Below, in pieces: positions 26,338 through 38,225 of a stretch of 64,000 bases of DNA. The stretch spans positions 5,580,001 through 5,644,000 of the forward strand of contig NW_027270918.1 in assembly GCF_040938485.1 (NCBI RefSeq). Direction: 5' to 3'. Position numbers and translations under genes: made by a program. The first letter of the stretch is position 1. Each line of letters opens with the position of its first letter. The DNA comes from Diadema antillarum (taxonomy: Eukaryota). The notes below the pieces were generated by a model that saw only the letters and a list, made by a program, of their open reading frames with translations, was not told the DNA's origin and searched no databases.

Positions 26338-27105
26338 TTGCCATGACTTTTTTTCCATCATTGCAACTGACTTAGACATAGGCAAGCACCGATTATTCTG
26401 TGTTTAAAAAATACTGATTATTCAATGTTCAAAAACGCTGAATAATGGATGCACATTGATTACGTTGATGAAGGGCAACTTGTCAATTATCAACAATAAT
26501 TTCAGGGTTTCACTTTTCCTTTAGTGACGAGCTGGAATTCCTGGTATCATGACAATGCTTTTGCAATTGACGCAATTAATGATGATGGAACTGTAACATA
26601 ACTATGCTCAAATATTTGTTCAATCAGCAGGCAGATTTCGAACAGCATCTAACTTTTTCATGGGAGGCTTTGTTATCCATATTTTCTTGATTTTATTTCT
26701 CTTTGGCCTACAGCCGAGTATCAGAGTCTCACAGGACACTTTACACCAGATTATAAAGAAGTATAGCTTAGATGTTGATTTGCACATATCTGATGAAGAT
26801 ACATATAAAGTTTGAGAGCGTGCGAAAGATTTACTGTCTTGTCCTGACTTACTTCCTTTATGTACTGACGTGTTACCCTGCTGAATATTTTACAAGCGCT
26901 AAAAAAACAACAACAGATGACTAAGCAAGCATGTACAGAAGAAGAGGGAAACATTTACAGTTTGATAAGCCTTACGTGTAGTTTACTCTCAAATTCAGTA
27001 ACTGATAAAAATGAAAAGTAATTAAACTGCCAAGGCGAAGAAGCTGAACGGCACTAACAAACTGACTTTTTATGTACAGAGGCAGTGAAGATTTAAATGG
27101 CTTAA

Positions 27106-27472
27106 AGGGATCGTATAGTTTTGGTTGAGGCCTAATTTCAGGTTTGTAACTTCTTTTTTTTTGGTGAGATATTGAGAAACCTCTTATGAAATATGACAGA
27201 GCATGTAATTCTATGAGGAATCCAATGTTTATTTGATGAAAATTGGTTTTGAAATAGCTGAGATATCCAAAAATGAGCAATTCTAATAAACGATCGCTTT
27301 GTTTTACTTTGTTTTTGGATGTTTCAGTCATTCCAAACTTCAGTCATTTCATCAAATAAACTTTGAATTTCTCTTAAAATGGTATGCTCTGTACTATATC
27401 ATAAGTGTTTTCTTAGTATCTCGCAAAAATTTAAAAACCCAATTTTCATCTCCACTAATACTGTACCATCCC
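27106..27472. mobile_element. TTAA-type MITE (Kolobok/piggyBac-like ends)
   Basis: TTAA|AGGGATCGTATAG left end and imperfect inverted right end. Absent from unit 4. Same family as 55879-56271 in the opposite orientation. Confidence 0.72.
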
Positions 27473-28676
27473 ATCTATGCCTATACGAGGTGAACCAATT
27501 AACATAAGATAATGCTATGCTTATCACGCTTTCATTCATTTTTAGGATATTTCCTTTATCAACCTTGAGAATCCAAACATCTACGCTAATTCGACAGAAA
27601 CGTGGATCACAAAACGTAACAATTAAGTTCTTTCACAAAGTGAAATACAGAATACATTATTCATCACGTAGTAAACTATCACGATTCCACTCCAGGAATA
27701 CCAATTACAATGAGATCTGGAACTACGTAAATCTAGGGCTACTTTTTATGTCGTACTTATACTTCTAGAGATCAAAATTAAACATTCAAGCACTTCGTAC
27801 AGCTTTGAAATATTAACACACAACAAAGGGTAAAGCGAGAGTGTCGTCATCGCGTACTTTCAATTTACAGAGTGGAATTGCATCAAAATACGAGTGAAAC
27901 ATGTACGTTTATGTCTGAGCCTCATATTCAGGTAACTTTACTTTTTTAAATAAATTTAAACATTTTGTAACCGCTGAAATTCTGAGGAACATTGAAGTTT
28001 GCAAGATGAAAGTGATTCAGATTTTCATTGTCACAAGCTCTGCTGGCTTTTTAAACAAGACCTAAATCAAACGTAATTATGAAGTTCATGCTTTTAACAA
28101 TGTTTTAAGGAATCGCTTCCAGATTCGAAGACAACCAGTGTCTCTCTTTAGAATTAATCTGGATTTGAATCTAATAGATAAGTCAGAAGTTATTTTTATA
28201 TCTGTACTAGCAGTATCAATGACGACAATTTTACAAGACGGATTCTATTGTTGTTTATGCACAAAGCAATTGTGTGTTTCTCGTGGCGCTTAAAATGGCT
28301 TGACGCAAATTCTGAACCAATCGTCTGTTGGCTTCCTGTTACTGGTAAACTAACGTTAGAAATTATATATTTCATTCTCTCCCGAAAGATCAAAACTAAA
28401 AACAAAAATAACGTCTCAGAAAATTTTCCAAAAGGAAAACTTCAATTGCATTTTAAATTTGATCTAGGAATATTTCTCATTAAAACAAAAAAAAAGATTA
28501 TTCGTCGTTTGTCAAAAGGGGCATTTTGAATATAATTTGTATCAGGATGGCTGTAGATACTCAGTATATAATTCAAGGGATTTTTAATGTGTTATTAGTG
28601 AAAATTCAATAGATGTGTAGTTACTATTTAAAAGAATATGGACGTACCGTCTTTTGAAAACAAGCTTTTGGCTTAA

Positions 28677-29644
28677 AGGCCCTGTCACACCTTTTCGGGT
28701 AAGCTACGCGGGCTTGTTACGAGTAGGAATTTTCCAGCACGCAGGAGAATTTTCTGCGGGCGGACAAAGACGTTCTGGCGAGTTCCGTACTTGAGTCTTA
28801 CTGATAGAGGCATGCTATTTACTTGCTACTTGTGTGTATCCCGTCTGACCTGCGTGAGAGCTTTGGAACCGATTTATTTTCAGCTACGAGCGACATACGG
28901 GGACTGCGAAGTACCTGCGTTACAGCTGCGAAGTACCTGCGTGGGAGTTGCCTGCGAGGTGCTGCCGCTAAGGGCCTCCTACAGGTATTCTGCGTGTACC
29001 TCTGCGGGTAAACCCCCGCGACTCACCCGGAATAAGTTTTGAGCATGCTTAACGCCTTATCACACTGTGTCTGGGGAAGGCTTGCGGCTTGACTTGCGGG
29101 GAATTTTTTTTTTTTTGTTACCCGGACCTCCAAGCAGTTCGTCTGCACCTGACAGTACCTAACGCGTATCTTGGCCGTAGTTGTCCGGAGGTGTGTACGC
29201 AAATCCGATTTACTTGCAGCCAAATATTGAGCATTATCAAATCTTGTTCCTGGTGAGTCGCGGGGGTTTGTCCGCAGAGGTACACGCAGAACACCAGTAG
29301 GAGGCCCTTAGCGGCAGCACCTCGTAGGCAACTCCCACGCAGTTGCTTCGCAGCTGTATCGCAGGTACTTCGCAGTCCCCGTATGCGGCCAAAATAATGT
29401 CATTGTATGAGACTACTGCCATTCCTTCAGAGAACTTCCTTCAATGAGTTGTCAGCCCCCACGCGCCTGCCACGCAGGTCGCAAAATATACCCGCAAGTA
29501 GAACCTAGGTAGAACTCGTCCAGCATGTAAGGCACATGCAAAACTCGCCAAAATCCTTTTCCTCCCTCAGAAAATGTCCGGTATGCTGGAAAATCCCCAC
29601 AAGTAACGAGCCCGCGTAGCTTGCCCTGAAAGGTGTGACGGCCT
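28677..29644. mobile_element. Non-autonomous Harbinger-like element downstream of GPCR copy 3
   Basis: About 70-bp imperfect TIR starting AGGCC(CT)GTCACACCTTT. Empty site visible at about 42800 in unit 4. Confidence 0.82.
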
Positions 29645-29686
29645 TTGGAACCTCCCCATGGTGTGGTTGCGTTCGCTATAGGTTAA

Positions 29687-30010
29687 AGGTACTCCAAGTA
29701 ATGTTTACCATTGGGAGCAGTGGTTTAAAAATGTTCGAGTATCACAAAACATCCTATACCATAATTATAAAGCATTTGTAATAAAGCCTAAAATATTAGG
29801 AGATATCAATATTTCTTCCATAAACCATAACTGTAGACGGTTTATTCTAGAAACAATGTTAATGTTATAACGATTGTTTACATTTTTTTTATATATTCAA
29901 AAATACTTGATATTTTACCTTTTTTAACTTTTACATTTCACATTTTTAGAAGCTGTTCTAAAGCACTAAAACTGCTGTTTTGTTTTATCAGCATATGGTT
30001 AATAACGTTT
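29687..30010. mobile_element. 324-bp TTAA-flanked insertion 4 nt after the stop codon of copy 3
   Basis: TTAA at 29683-29686 and 30011-30014. Copy 4 has contiguous flanks without it. Confidence 0.7.
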
Positions 30011-30014
30011 TTAA

Positions 30015-30323
30015 CTAAGAAATGACTGTTTTCTTCACAGAGGATATTTTCTTGCAGCGACAGAGCACCATGTTCTTCACTGTGTCCCTCAGCAGCGGCT
30101 GGCTCACCGCGTAGGAGATCGGGTTCAGGAGGCTGTTGCCGTACGTCAGCCAGCCGAAAAAGAGCCTTCCGGGGCGGGGTAAGCCAGCCACAAGGAGTAC
30201 GGGATCTATGGAGTAGATCAGCAGGTTGATGCTCTGAGGTAACCAGGCGATTACGAAGGACAGCACGATAAAAAGAAGAGTCCGAGTTGCCTTTTGCGTC
30301 TCGGCTGCCGACTCGCGCTTCAT
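30015..30323 (-). CDS. GPCR copy 3, exon 2
   Basis: CAG|ATG AAG CGC acceptor; AWLPQ and NPISY present. Spliced protein is 394 aa. Confidence 0.92.
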   Translation of the reverse strand: MKRESAAETQKATRTLLFIVLSFVIAWLPQSINLLIYSIDPVLLVAGLPRPGRLFFGWLTYGNSLLNPISYAVSQPLLRDTVKNMVLCRCKKISSVKKTVIS

Positions 30324-31445
30324 CTGCAGCAAGACAGAGGTAGCAGTTTTCAGAATAACTACTTCCTTCTCAAAATGTCTCTTCGAGTATTAACATTTGC
30401 ATTTCTTTTGTATGTACCTGATGAAAAGTAAACACAAAAATAATGGCAACAATAAACACGAAAAGCTTCGGGATTCACAATTTTGATTAAGATCCAAACG
30501 AAGCATTACTAGGGAATTCGCTTTTGGGTTTATGTGTTAGGGGTTTTGGTGGGACGTGGATTGAAATTAAAAACAGAATCAACTCTATTTATTTTCTGTG
30601 TTATTTAGTTCAGAATGAATCGTTTTTGGTATTCGTCTTGAAAATGATAATGAATTTCTGGAAGTGTGTATAGTAAAACACCTCGTCAGCACATAATGAT
30701 AAAATTAAAGTCTTATGATTGATATCAGTATATAAGAGTAAGCATAATTATACTAAATTACTCAAATAGAAACAAAGCAAAGAAACCAATACAAGTCATA
30801 TTTTCAGATGAAATTCCAGTACAGAAAATCGATTTAAACAAATACTGAACGGAGACATGCAGATCTTTGTTATTACTGTTGTTTTAAAACGTAAATGAAA
30901 TGATAAATTTATCAATTATTAAGTTAAAAAGTATCATTACACAACAAATAGAACGCTAAAACATTCCTCATATCAAGTTTTCAAATAAGAACATTTGACA
31001 TGTTTGCAAGAGAAACGTGTGCAACAGAGATGAAAAGACGATATCAGCTAAGTGTTACATTAACTTGCACATACGTTCACTGAATTTTTCTTTATCCGTT
31101 TTAATGAAATGAATGAAAGAATTAGTATTTTAAGATTAGTCTGGCGTGGTTATGGCTTATAACAAGAGAGAGATTAATTGGTATATAAAAACTATAATGG
31201 TAAAAGAAAATAGATATGAGATGTATTCGTGGACAAATAGAAGGTAAATGAGGTGAAAGCCCTATCGCATGAAATTGATTGTATTTCCAATTGAGATTAA
31301 CATGTCTGTTGTTTTTAATGTGCCTTTTCTTTGCAATTTGCTCGAAAATTATAATTTGCCACATTGCTCTGTGAAGTCAGATACCCTAAATTCTATACCT
31401 CAGTTATGGATAGAAATTAAAGGAATTATGATAGTGATTACTTAC

Positions 31446-32321
31446 AATTGGCTTCTTTTCGGTGACCGAATTGCCTTGCTCCATTGTCTCCTTTGGTGGA
31501 TTACTTTCAAAGCGTTTTTCTCCGACCGACTCAACGTCGATGTCGGTGGATGAAGTATTTGGAAAATCGTTGCTGTGGGACGCATTGTCATCGTCGATCG
31601 CACTGAATTTCTTTTGGACACTCTTCCCACCCAGTGTCTTCCGAATCTTTATAAGTATACGAAGATAAAGAACGGAAATGAAAACGAACGGCAGAAAAAA
31701 GATGACAAGGCTATAGACTATGGATGCGCCAGGAATTCTCGAATGTTTGCGAACGCAGTGAGGTCCGTTGTCGAAGTCGTCGATGAATTCCCAGGCCGTG
31801 ACATACAGCATCCAGACGGCAAATGCACCCAGCCATGCGAGGGAGTTGAGGTAAACAGCCTTACGTTTGCTGCGAGTCATGAAATGGTTGATGGGGTCGT
31901 AAGTTGCACGATGTCGGTCAGCGCAGATGACCACGATGACGAAATTAGACGAACTGATGATCGACGTGCCAATCCCACTCAGAATCTTACAAAGTGCCTG
32001 GTTGAGAGGATAGTAGCCGACATGGGTGTGAATGACGGCAATGATAAGGTGCAACCCGACGAGGAGATCGATAATGGACAAGTTGATGATGAAATAATTG
32101 TTGTAGGTACGTAGTCGTTTTTCAACACCAAAAGCTACAAGAGTCAGGCAGTTTGCTGCAATGATGCAAGCCGTAAAGAGGGAGGGCCAAAGGAGGCTAT
32201 GAATGCTTGAAGAATTCGACGAGACTCCAGGAACTTCTGTATATACTTCATTTTCAGTGTAATTTTCGAAATCATTTACAACCCAAGCTGTCGGGTAGGA
32301 TTCCTCTGTTGATGTGGACAT
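31446..32321 (-). CDS. GPCR copy 3, exon 1
   Basis: Same TM1-5 motifs. Donor ATT|GTAAGT at 31445-31444; 292 codons. Confidence 0.93.
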
Positions 32322-33344
32322 AGTGACGTATCAATACAGACGAACGTGTTGACAGGTAAAATGTAGATTGGGATAGGGCCGAGAGAGACTGTCCGTCCCC
32401 TGCATGAGAAGCGTTACCTCAGCTACTGCAAGAGAAGATGCGAAGTCAGATTTTATCTATAACAGCTAAAGAGTTTTCAGACTGATTGCCCTGAAACACG
32501 ACCTTGGTGAACCATTACGCTTGATAAGAGCATAGCAGAAAAGATTTACTAGAGTTCGCGAAATGTCATTTTGTATGGGGTAGAAGAATGCAAAGAATCA
32601 TCAAGCTTATCAAATTGGTACAGAGCCTTCAAGAATTTAATTGACACTGCTATGCGTGTTAGAAGTATGGAGTCATGAGGACAGTCAAAAGTGGCTTGAC
32701 TGAGGTACGTAAGAGGGGTTTCTAGAAAGCTCGCAGTCTATTGGCTGATGGATTGGTGAGAAGATCATGTGACCATGGTGACTGAAGACATATTTTAAAG
32801 CCATATACATTACCGGTGGCACTTACTCTTTTTGTTCCCCTTTCCAAGAACTAATACTATTGTAGCGCGAGGTATTTTGCTGATACATTTTGCTTGGGCA
32901 TGTTGCAGAGAGATTTATATCACAGTTGATAGTTAATTTGATTACTGGATACTAACTAATTTGCGAGTAGCTTAGCAGGAGAATTATGCTTTGAGTGTCC
33001 CTATATTTTGACACCACAATACCTGTTTATGAAGTGAACTTGCATCTGCTAAAGACAATAAATTATACACTCAATTAATTAAATAGGGACTTTGAAAGTT
33101 AATATGAAATCATGAGTGACAGCGCATGGAACCATTTCTTTGCACCGTAACTATCAATCTATCAATCAATTACATTTATCAGCATCTGATTCTCTTTCAT
33201 AATATGAGCAGAAGTGCGGTCCACAAATGCTATCACAGTCATGTTAATTCCTCTCTATACAACTATCAAAGAGCTCCATGATGCACATTTTGCTAAACTA
33301 TTGAAGAAATCCAAACTTTATAAAGATTTTCATTTCATCTGTAA

Positions 33345-34120
33345 ACGATGGACCACAGTCTGACCTATAGAGAGCATTTGAAGAGGGTTGCCGGCAAGCT
33401 CAAGGCCAGGTCTAACATCATCATATTCCGCAAAGCTGCAGGGAACAGCTGGGCCTCTGATGCGCATACTCTCCGAATGCATGCCTTGCACTTGTCTACT
33501 CAGTTGCTGAGTACTGTTCACCAGTCTGGGCTGAGAGCCTGTCACACCAAGCAGGTCGATACGATCCTCCACTCTGCAATGAGAATAGTCTCTGGCATCC
33601 TCAAGTCAACACCTACCCAGTGGATGCCGACACATAGCTCTAGGCCCCTTCCCTACGACGCCAGTAGATGAGCCGTAAGGCTGAGCCTAATACTCTTTAA
33701 GTCCAAGCCTGACCTTCCCATCCATGTGGACTTGGACAGCCTTCCAACGATGCGACTTACATCTCGTAAACCCTTCTGGCAGTCAGTGAAGTCCCTTGAA
33801 GTAAGCAAATTCAACTTAAACAAAGAATGGCCGAATCTGTGGGAAGGATCTGAATTTCCCAACCAAGAACTCATCAAGGATCCCACGTCAAAACCACCTG
33901 GATTTTACCTTCCAAGGAAGCACTGGGTGTTAGTTTGTATAGGATACGCACAACAATTAGCAGGGCACACACAGAGACACACACACAGCCACACACACAC
34001 AGACACACACAAATACACAAAAACACAAATTAAAAACACAACAGATGACACCCTAGCCTGGCCTGGCAACCTGGATTTGCTACTTTAAAAGCGCATAATG
34101 TCATACGAGAAGAAGAAGAA
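33345..34120 (+). mobile_element. 5'-truncated Ingi/Vingi-like (I-group) LINE fragment
   Basis: DHSLTYREHLKRVAGKLKARSNII...HTKQVDTILHSAMRIVSGILKSTPTQW resembles the post-RT region of Ingi-like LINEs. 3' tail CATACGAGAAGAAGAAGAA. Clade assignment is from memory. Confidence 0.72.
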
Positions 34121-35746
34121 TCCGTAAAGTCAAGCACTCTGATAAAATAGATTATGCATGCCTCAAGAGGTTTCAATGCATTCAGTGGCTAAGACATCAC
34201 AGTATAAGAAAGAGGAGAATCCCAAACTAGCTTTGAAAGAAATTTATCTTCAAGTATTATTCTGTTAAGACTCTGCCTACTTTTTGGTGAAAGCAGAATC
34301 AATAAACGCGTCATATTTGTGAAAGCATTGTTTTGGTGGTCCAGTCTCATCGTTGGTCATTGTGAGGACGTCATCCAGATATATTGATGACCTCCGAGTT
34401 CTACTTTTTAACAATTGACACAGTATAGCATTAATGGGGTTTCCTTTTCGATGTGTTTGACAGTAAGCGTTCAAGATTTTAGTTTCAAAAGGGCGCCGGA
34501 GAGCGGTTGGCATTTTATTATATCGTGAAAGTATATATATTCTTCTTTTTAGCTGTTCACACTTTGATGGTAATATTGACGCATGAAGGGTAATGAAGCC
34601 CATCGACCCTAGTCACAAAGCATTTTCCCAACAAGACAGCTTTATTGCAGGTTTGGCGCCAGTCGATATCAATTTTTTTTCACTTGTTTTTACGCTGCAA
34701 TTGAAATACTGAAATAAATTTTATATAGAACAGTTTTAGTATTCAGATAATGTATCAAATGGTATGACACTGGTAGATAGGAAAACAGGATGCGCAAGAG
34801 ACTGAATAAGATATTGAGGTATAATGGCATAGATATGTTCATGTGCCATATTTCCCGAAAATTTTGACACATTTCCACTTAAATTTCATTATAATAAAAT
34901 CACAGGTTACAGTCAGGAAGGTATAGGCATAGTATTTTGTCTTGTAGAAATTAATCACAAAACAGTTGGCTAGGAGGAAAATCAATGAGATTTATTCTTA
35001 TTGGATCATTTCAAAATGTAAGATGTAAAGTGATAACTTCTAAGCCCGACAATTTCTATTGTCTGTCTGTGTGTGTTACAAAAAGTGTACTTTATATGTA
35101 CAATGAGGTTAATCAAATTTCATTTTGACATTGCGGTGCTTAATCACTCGCAATTTTTTGTATATATTTTCTATTTTCTCCGCCACACAGCAGGTTACTT
35201 CAAAATTAGTTTCCGTTTCATGAAATGAACCATCGAGAAAACGACGAAACACCATTTTTTGATTGCAGCTAAACGGTAAGATACAAACAAAATAATGAAT
35301 ACTTTTTGTCTATTTTTTTTAGAATATATGTTAGAGAATTACAATATCTCGCACCTGGACAATTTCGCATCACCAAAGTCGGGATTTAACTCAAGCCTAA
35401 TATTTGCTGCTATACTTGGAGAGGTGCCTACATTTCAGATTCTCCAGTGGTTGTGGATGAGAATTCTCCCCGACCGCTGGGAAGTCGCCGCTACTTTATT
35501 TTGACAGTTTGATTCAGTTATTTCTGTCAGTCCTTTTTCAACACCTTTAACAATCGGTGGAACTATAAAAACAGAAGCAAAACAACAACAACAACAACAA
35601 CAAAGCATATAATCGAGGATGTCTTACAATTTCATGAAGAGAGGGTAACAAAAGTAGGCTCAGGTGGAGCATTCATTCTTCGTGCGCACGTGCCTTCGAA
35701 AACAGTAGACTGTACTTCTGACCTTAACCTTTTTTACCTTTCACAG

Positions 35747-36116
35747 CTGCGCCTCCCGGGCCGGGAGTTCTTGAGGTTCGACTCATCGATGGCGGTAACG
35801 AAGCCAAAGGCCGAGTCGAAGTGCTTCTTGGCGGAGTTTGGGGGACCGTCTGTGATGACGACTGGGATCGTCAAGACGCCGAAGTGATGTGTCGCACGTT
35901 GGGCTTTGAGGGCGCCCTGACGACACCGTGTTGCGGAGAGTTCTGTGGTTGCGGGGCCTACGGCGAGGGATCTGGTTCAGTTCTACTTGATAACGTTGAA
36001 TGCATGCACGGGCGAGGAGGAGAATTTTATAGCAGAGTGCCAAAACAATGTATACGGAGGACATAGCTGTGGACACGGTGAATACGCCAGTGTGCAGTGT
36101 ACACGAACAACGCCAA
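35747..36116 (+). pseudogene. SRCR (scavenger receptor cysteine-rich) domain exon with frameshift
   Basis: [30 protein letters not shown]...[14 protein letters not shown], then [11 protein letters not shown]...CGHGEYASVQC in another frame. TGCA is duplicated at 36001-36008. AG/GT flanks are phase 1-1; 370 nt minus 4 = 122 codons. Confidence 0.88.
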
Positions 36117-36729
36117 GTACGTCAAAAGCTAGTTACCAATATCAGAGGACTACCAGTGTCTGTTCCAGTGTAATTTGTCTTTGAGTTATAATTTTATAAC
36201 GGAATCCCTCTCATGCGCACACTAGACACAGGCCTGGGTTTATCGGTCTGCTCAGTAGCAACATCATTTCTGTTACCTTTTAATGGACATTGTTTGCCCC
36301 ACGAGGTCGAGCATTTCAATATGAAGATACAATGATACAAATGGTGACTCAAAGATGATGAAAAGACATGTCTGCGAATGCTCTCAGTCATCCAGGTAAA
36401 GTGTCTCATGAACTATCAGTAAATCTAGTCAACTGGATTTACCGGTACTTGTAATTTGGAGTAGCGACGTTTTCCTTGCAACGCGTTTTTACCCATCTAT
36501 CTTTTTTTTCAACAAAACTGTAACTAATCATGAACACAAAAGAACGATTGGAATACAAAATGTTTGTGTGATTGTATGATTAAGGTAACAGAATGAAAAA
36601 CTATGTCATATGGACCTAATTAACTTTGTAGTAAACAAAGGAACAAATAAGACTTTGTGTGATTTTTATCTGGGTAAACAACAAAAATAAATTGTGCAAC
36701 TATTGCTGCTCCTAAAAGACGCGGTCAAG

Positions 36730-38070
36730 ATGTATTACATTTAGGATGGGTATTACATTGATAGGGTTAAGATGTATTACATGTAGGGTTGATATTACAT
36801 TCATGGTTAAAATAATTGCATTTAGGGTCGATATTACATCTTGGGTTGACATGCATTACATTTAGGGTTGTTATTACATGTAGGGTTGACATTATACAAA
36901 TGATGCACAGGATAGAGTGTGTTAGTGAAGGTGCGGCGCGCTCGAGAGTATTGACAATGGTGCGACATGCACGAGGCGCATTCACTAACGCCACGAAATA
37001 ATCCTGTGCATCATTTGTTTTATAAAATGGGTCGAAAACTAACAGCATTATTCACGTACCTTTGTGGGTCAATACCAGTCAGCTACATGTAGCACTCGCT
37101 CAAAAGTCAAGATGTCCGAAGATGTTCGTCCCAAACATTTACGCACGTCGCACTCGGAAATCCCGCACATAAGTACTGTACGTACGTATAAGAGTATACG
37201 TACGCCACGTGTTATGCACAAGAAAGGCCGCCGGCTGTTGTCGCAGCCCGAACTAGAAGTTGTTTACAGGATTGACAGCGCGTATAGTAGCGCGTGACGC
37301 ACTTGTAACAACTGATTGAGTGCGCACTGCTAGTGTAAACATTGTGACGTACGTCAGGCCCCGGCCGTGCATTTACTAAGAAATTAATGCACGCACACGT
37401 GACTCATTTCAGCGCTTCCAATTGGCTACATTCGTGAACCCATTTTACAAAATAATTATATTACATTTAGGGTTGTCTCCGGTTATTACATTTAGCCGAT
37501 TTAGGGTTGTTATTACATTTAGGCTTAAAGTGTATTACGTTTAGGGCCGTTATTATATTTAGCAATAAAATGTTTTACTTTTAGCTTTGTTATAACATTT
37601 AGGGTTATGGTGTATTACAATTAGGGTCGTCATTACATTAAGCGTTAAGATATATTACATTTAGGGTCGGTATTACATGTAGGGTTAAAATCATTACATT
37701 TAGAGTCGATATTCTATTTAGGGTTGATGTGTATTACATTTAGGGTTTTTATTACATTTAGGGTTAAGGCGTATTACATTTAGGGTCGTTATTACATTTA
37801 GCTTTAAAATGTATTACATTTAGGGTCGGTATTACATTTAGGGTTAAGATGTATTACATTCAGTGTGGATATTACATATAGGGTTGACATGTATTACATT
37901 TAGGGTTGCCTCCGATTATTACGTTTAGTGTTAAAATGTATTACATTTAGGGTTGACTCAATTATGACATTTAGCTTTAAAATGTATTACATTTAGGGCT
38001 GTTATTACATTTAGGGTTAAGGTGTATTACATTAAGGTCCATATTACATTTAACGTTGATATTACATTTA
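36730..38070. repeat. Minisatellite of ATTACATTTAGGGT-core units (about 20-24 bp), split by a GC-richer core at 36896-37452
   Basis: Dozens of same-orientation tattacatttagggt units on both sides of the core. Confidence 0.9.
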
Positions 38071-38074
38071 TGGG

Positions 38075-38225
38075 TGATACAGCCTCGGAGGCGATGTGCT
38101 GCAATGCACCGCCGTCGGTTACGGCTCCGGTCACATTCTCCTCGACAACGTCAAATGCTTCGGCTCGTAAAACAGCTTGGCTGAGTATCGACACAATGGA
38201 TTTGGCGAGAACAACTGCTGGCATA
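38075..38225 (+). pseudogene. Second SRCR domain remnant (3' half)
   Basis: GYGSGHILLDNVKCFGS*NSLAEYRHNGFGENNC: in-frame TAA and Cys to Tyr change. The 5' half is absent and the minisatellite abuts it. Confidence 0.78.

Noticed and set aside
31575-32114. Antisense ORFs over the receptor exons (for example 179 aa here, 3596-3802, 11712-12035, 44327-44722)
   Set aside because: Shadows of the coding strand; they break at different places among paralogs and have no recognisable motifs.
34277-34603. 108-aa ORF repeated at 46713-47030
   Set aside because: Similarity is explained by the unit duplication; start and end differ, there are indels between copies and no recognisable domain.
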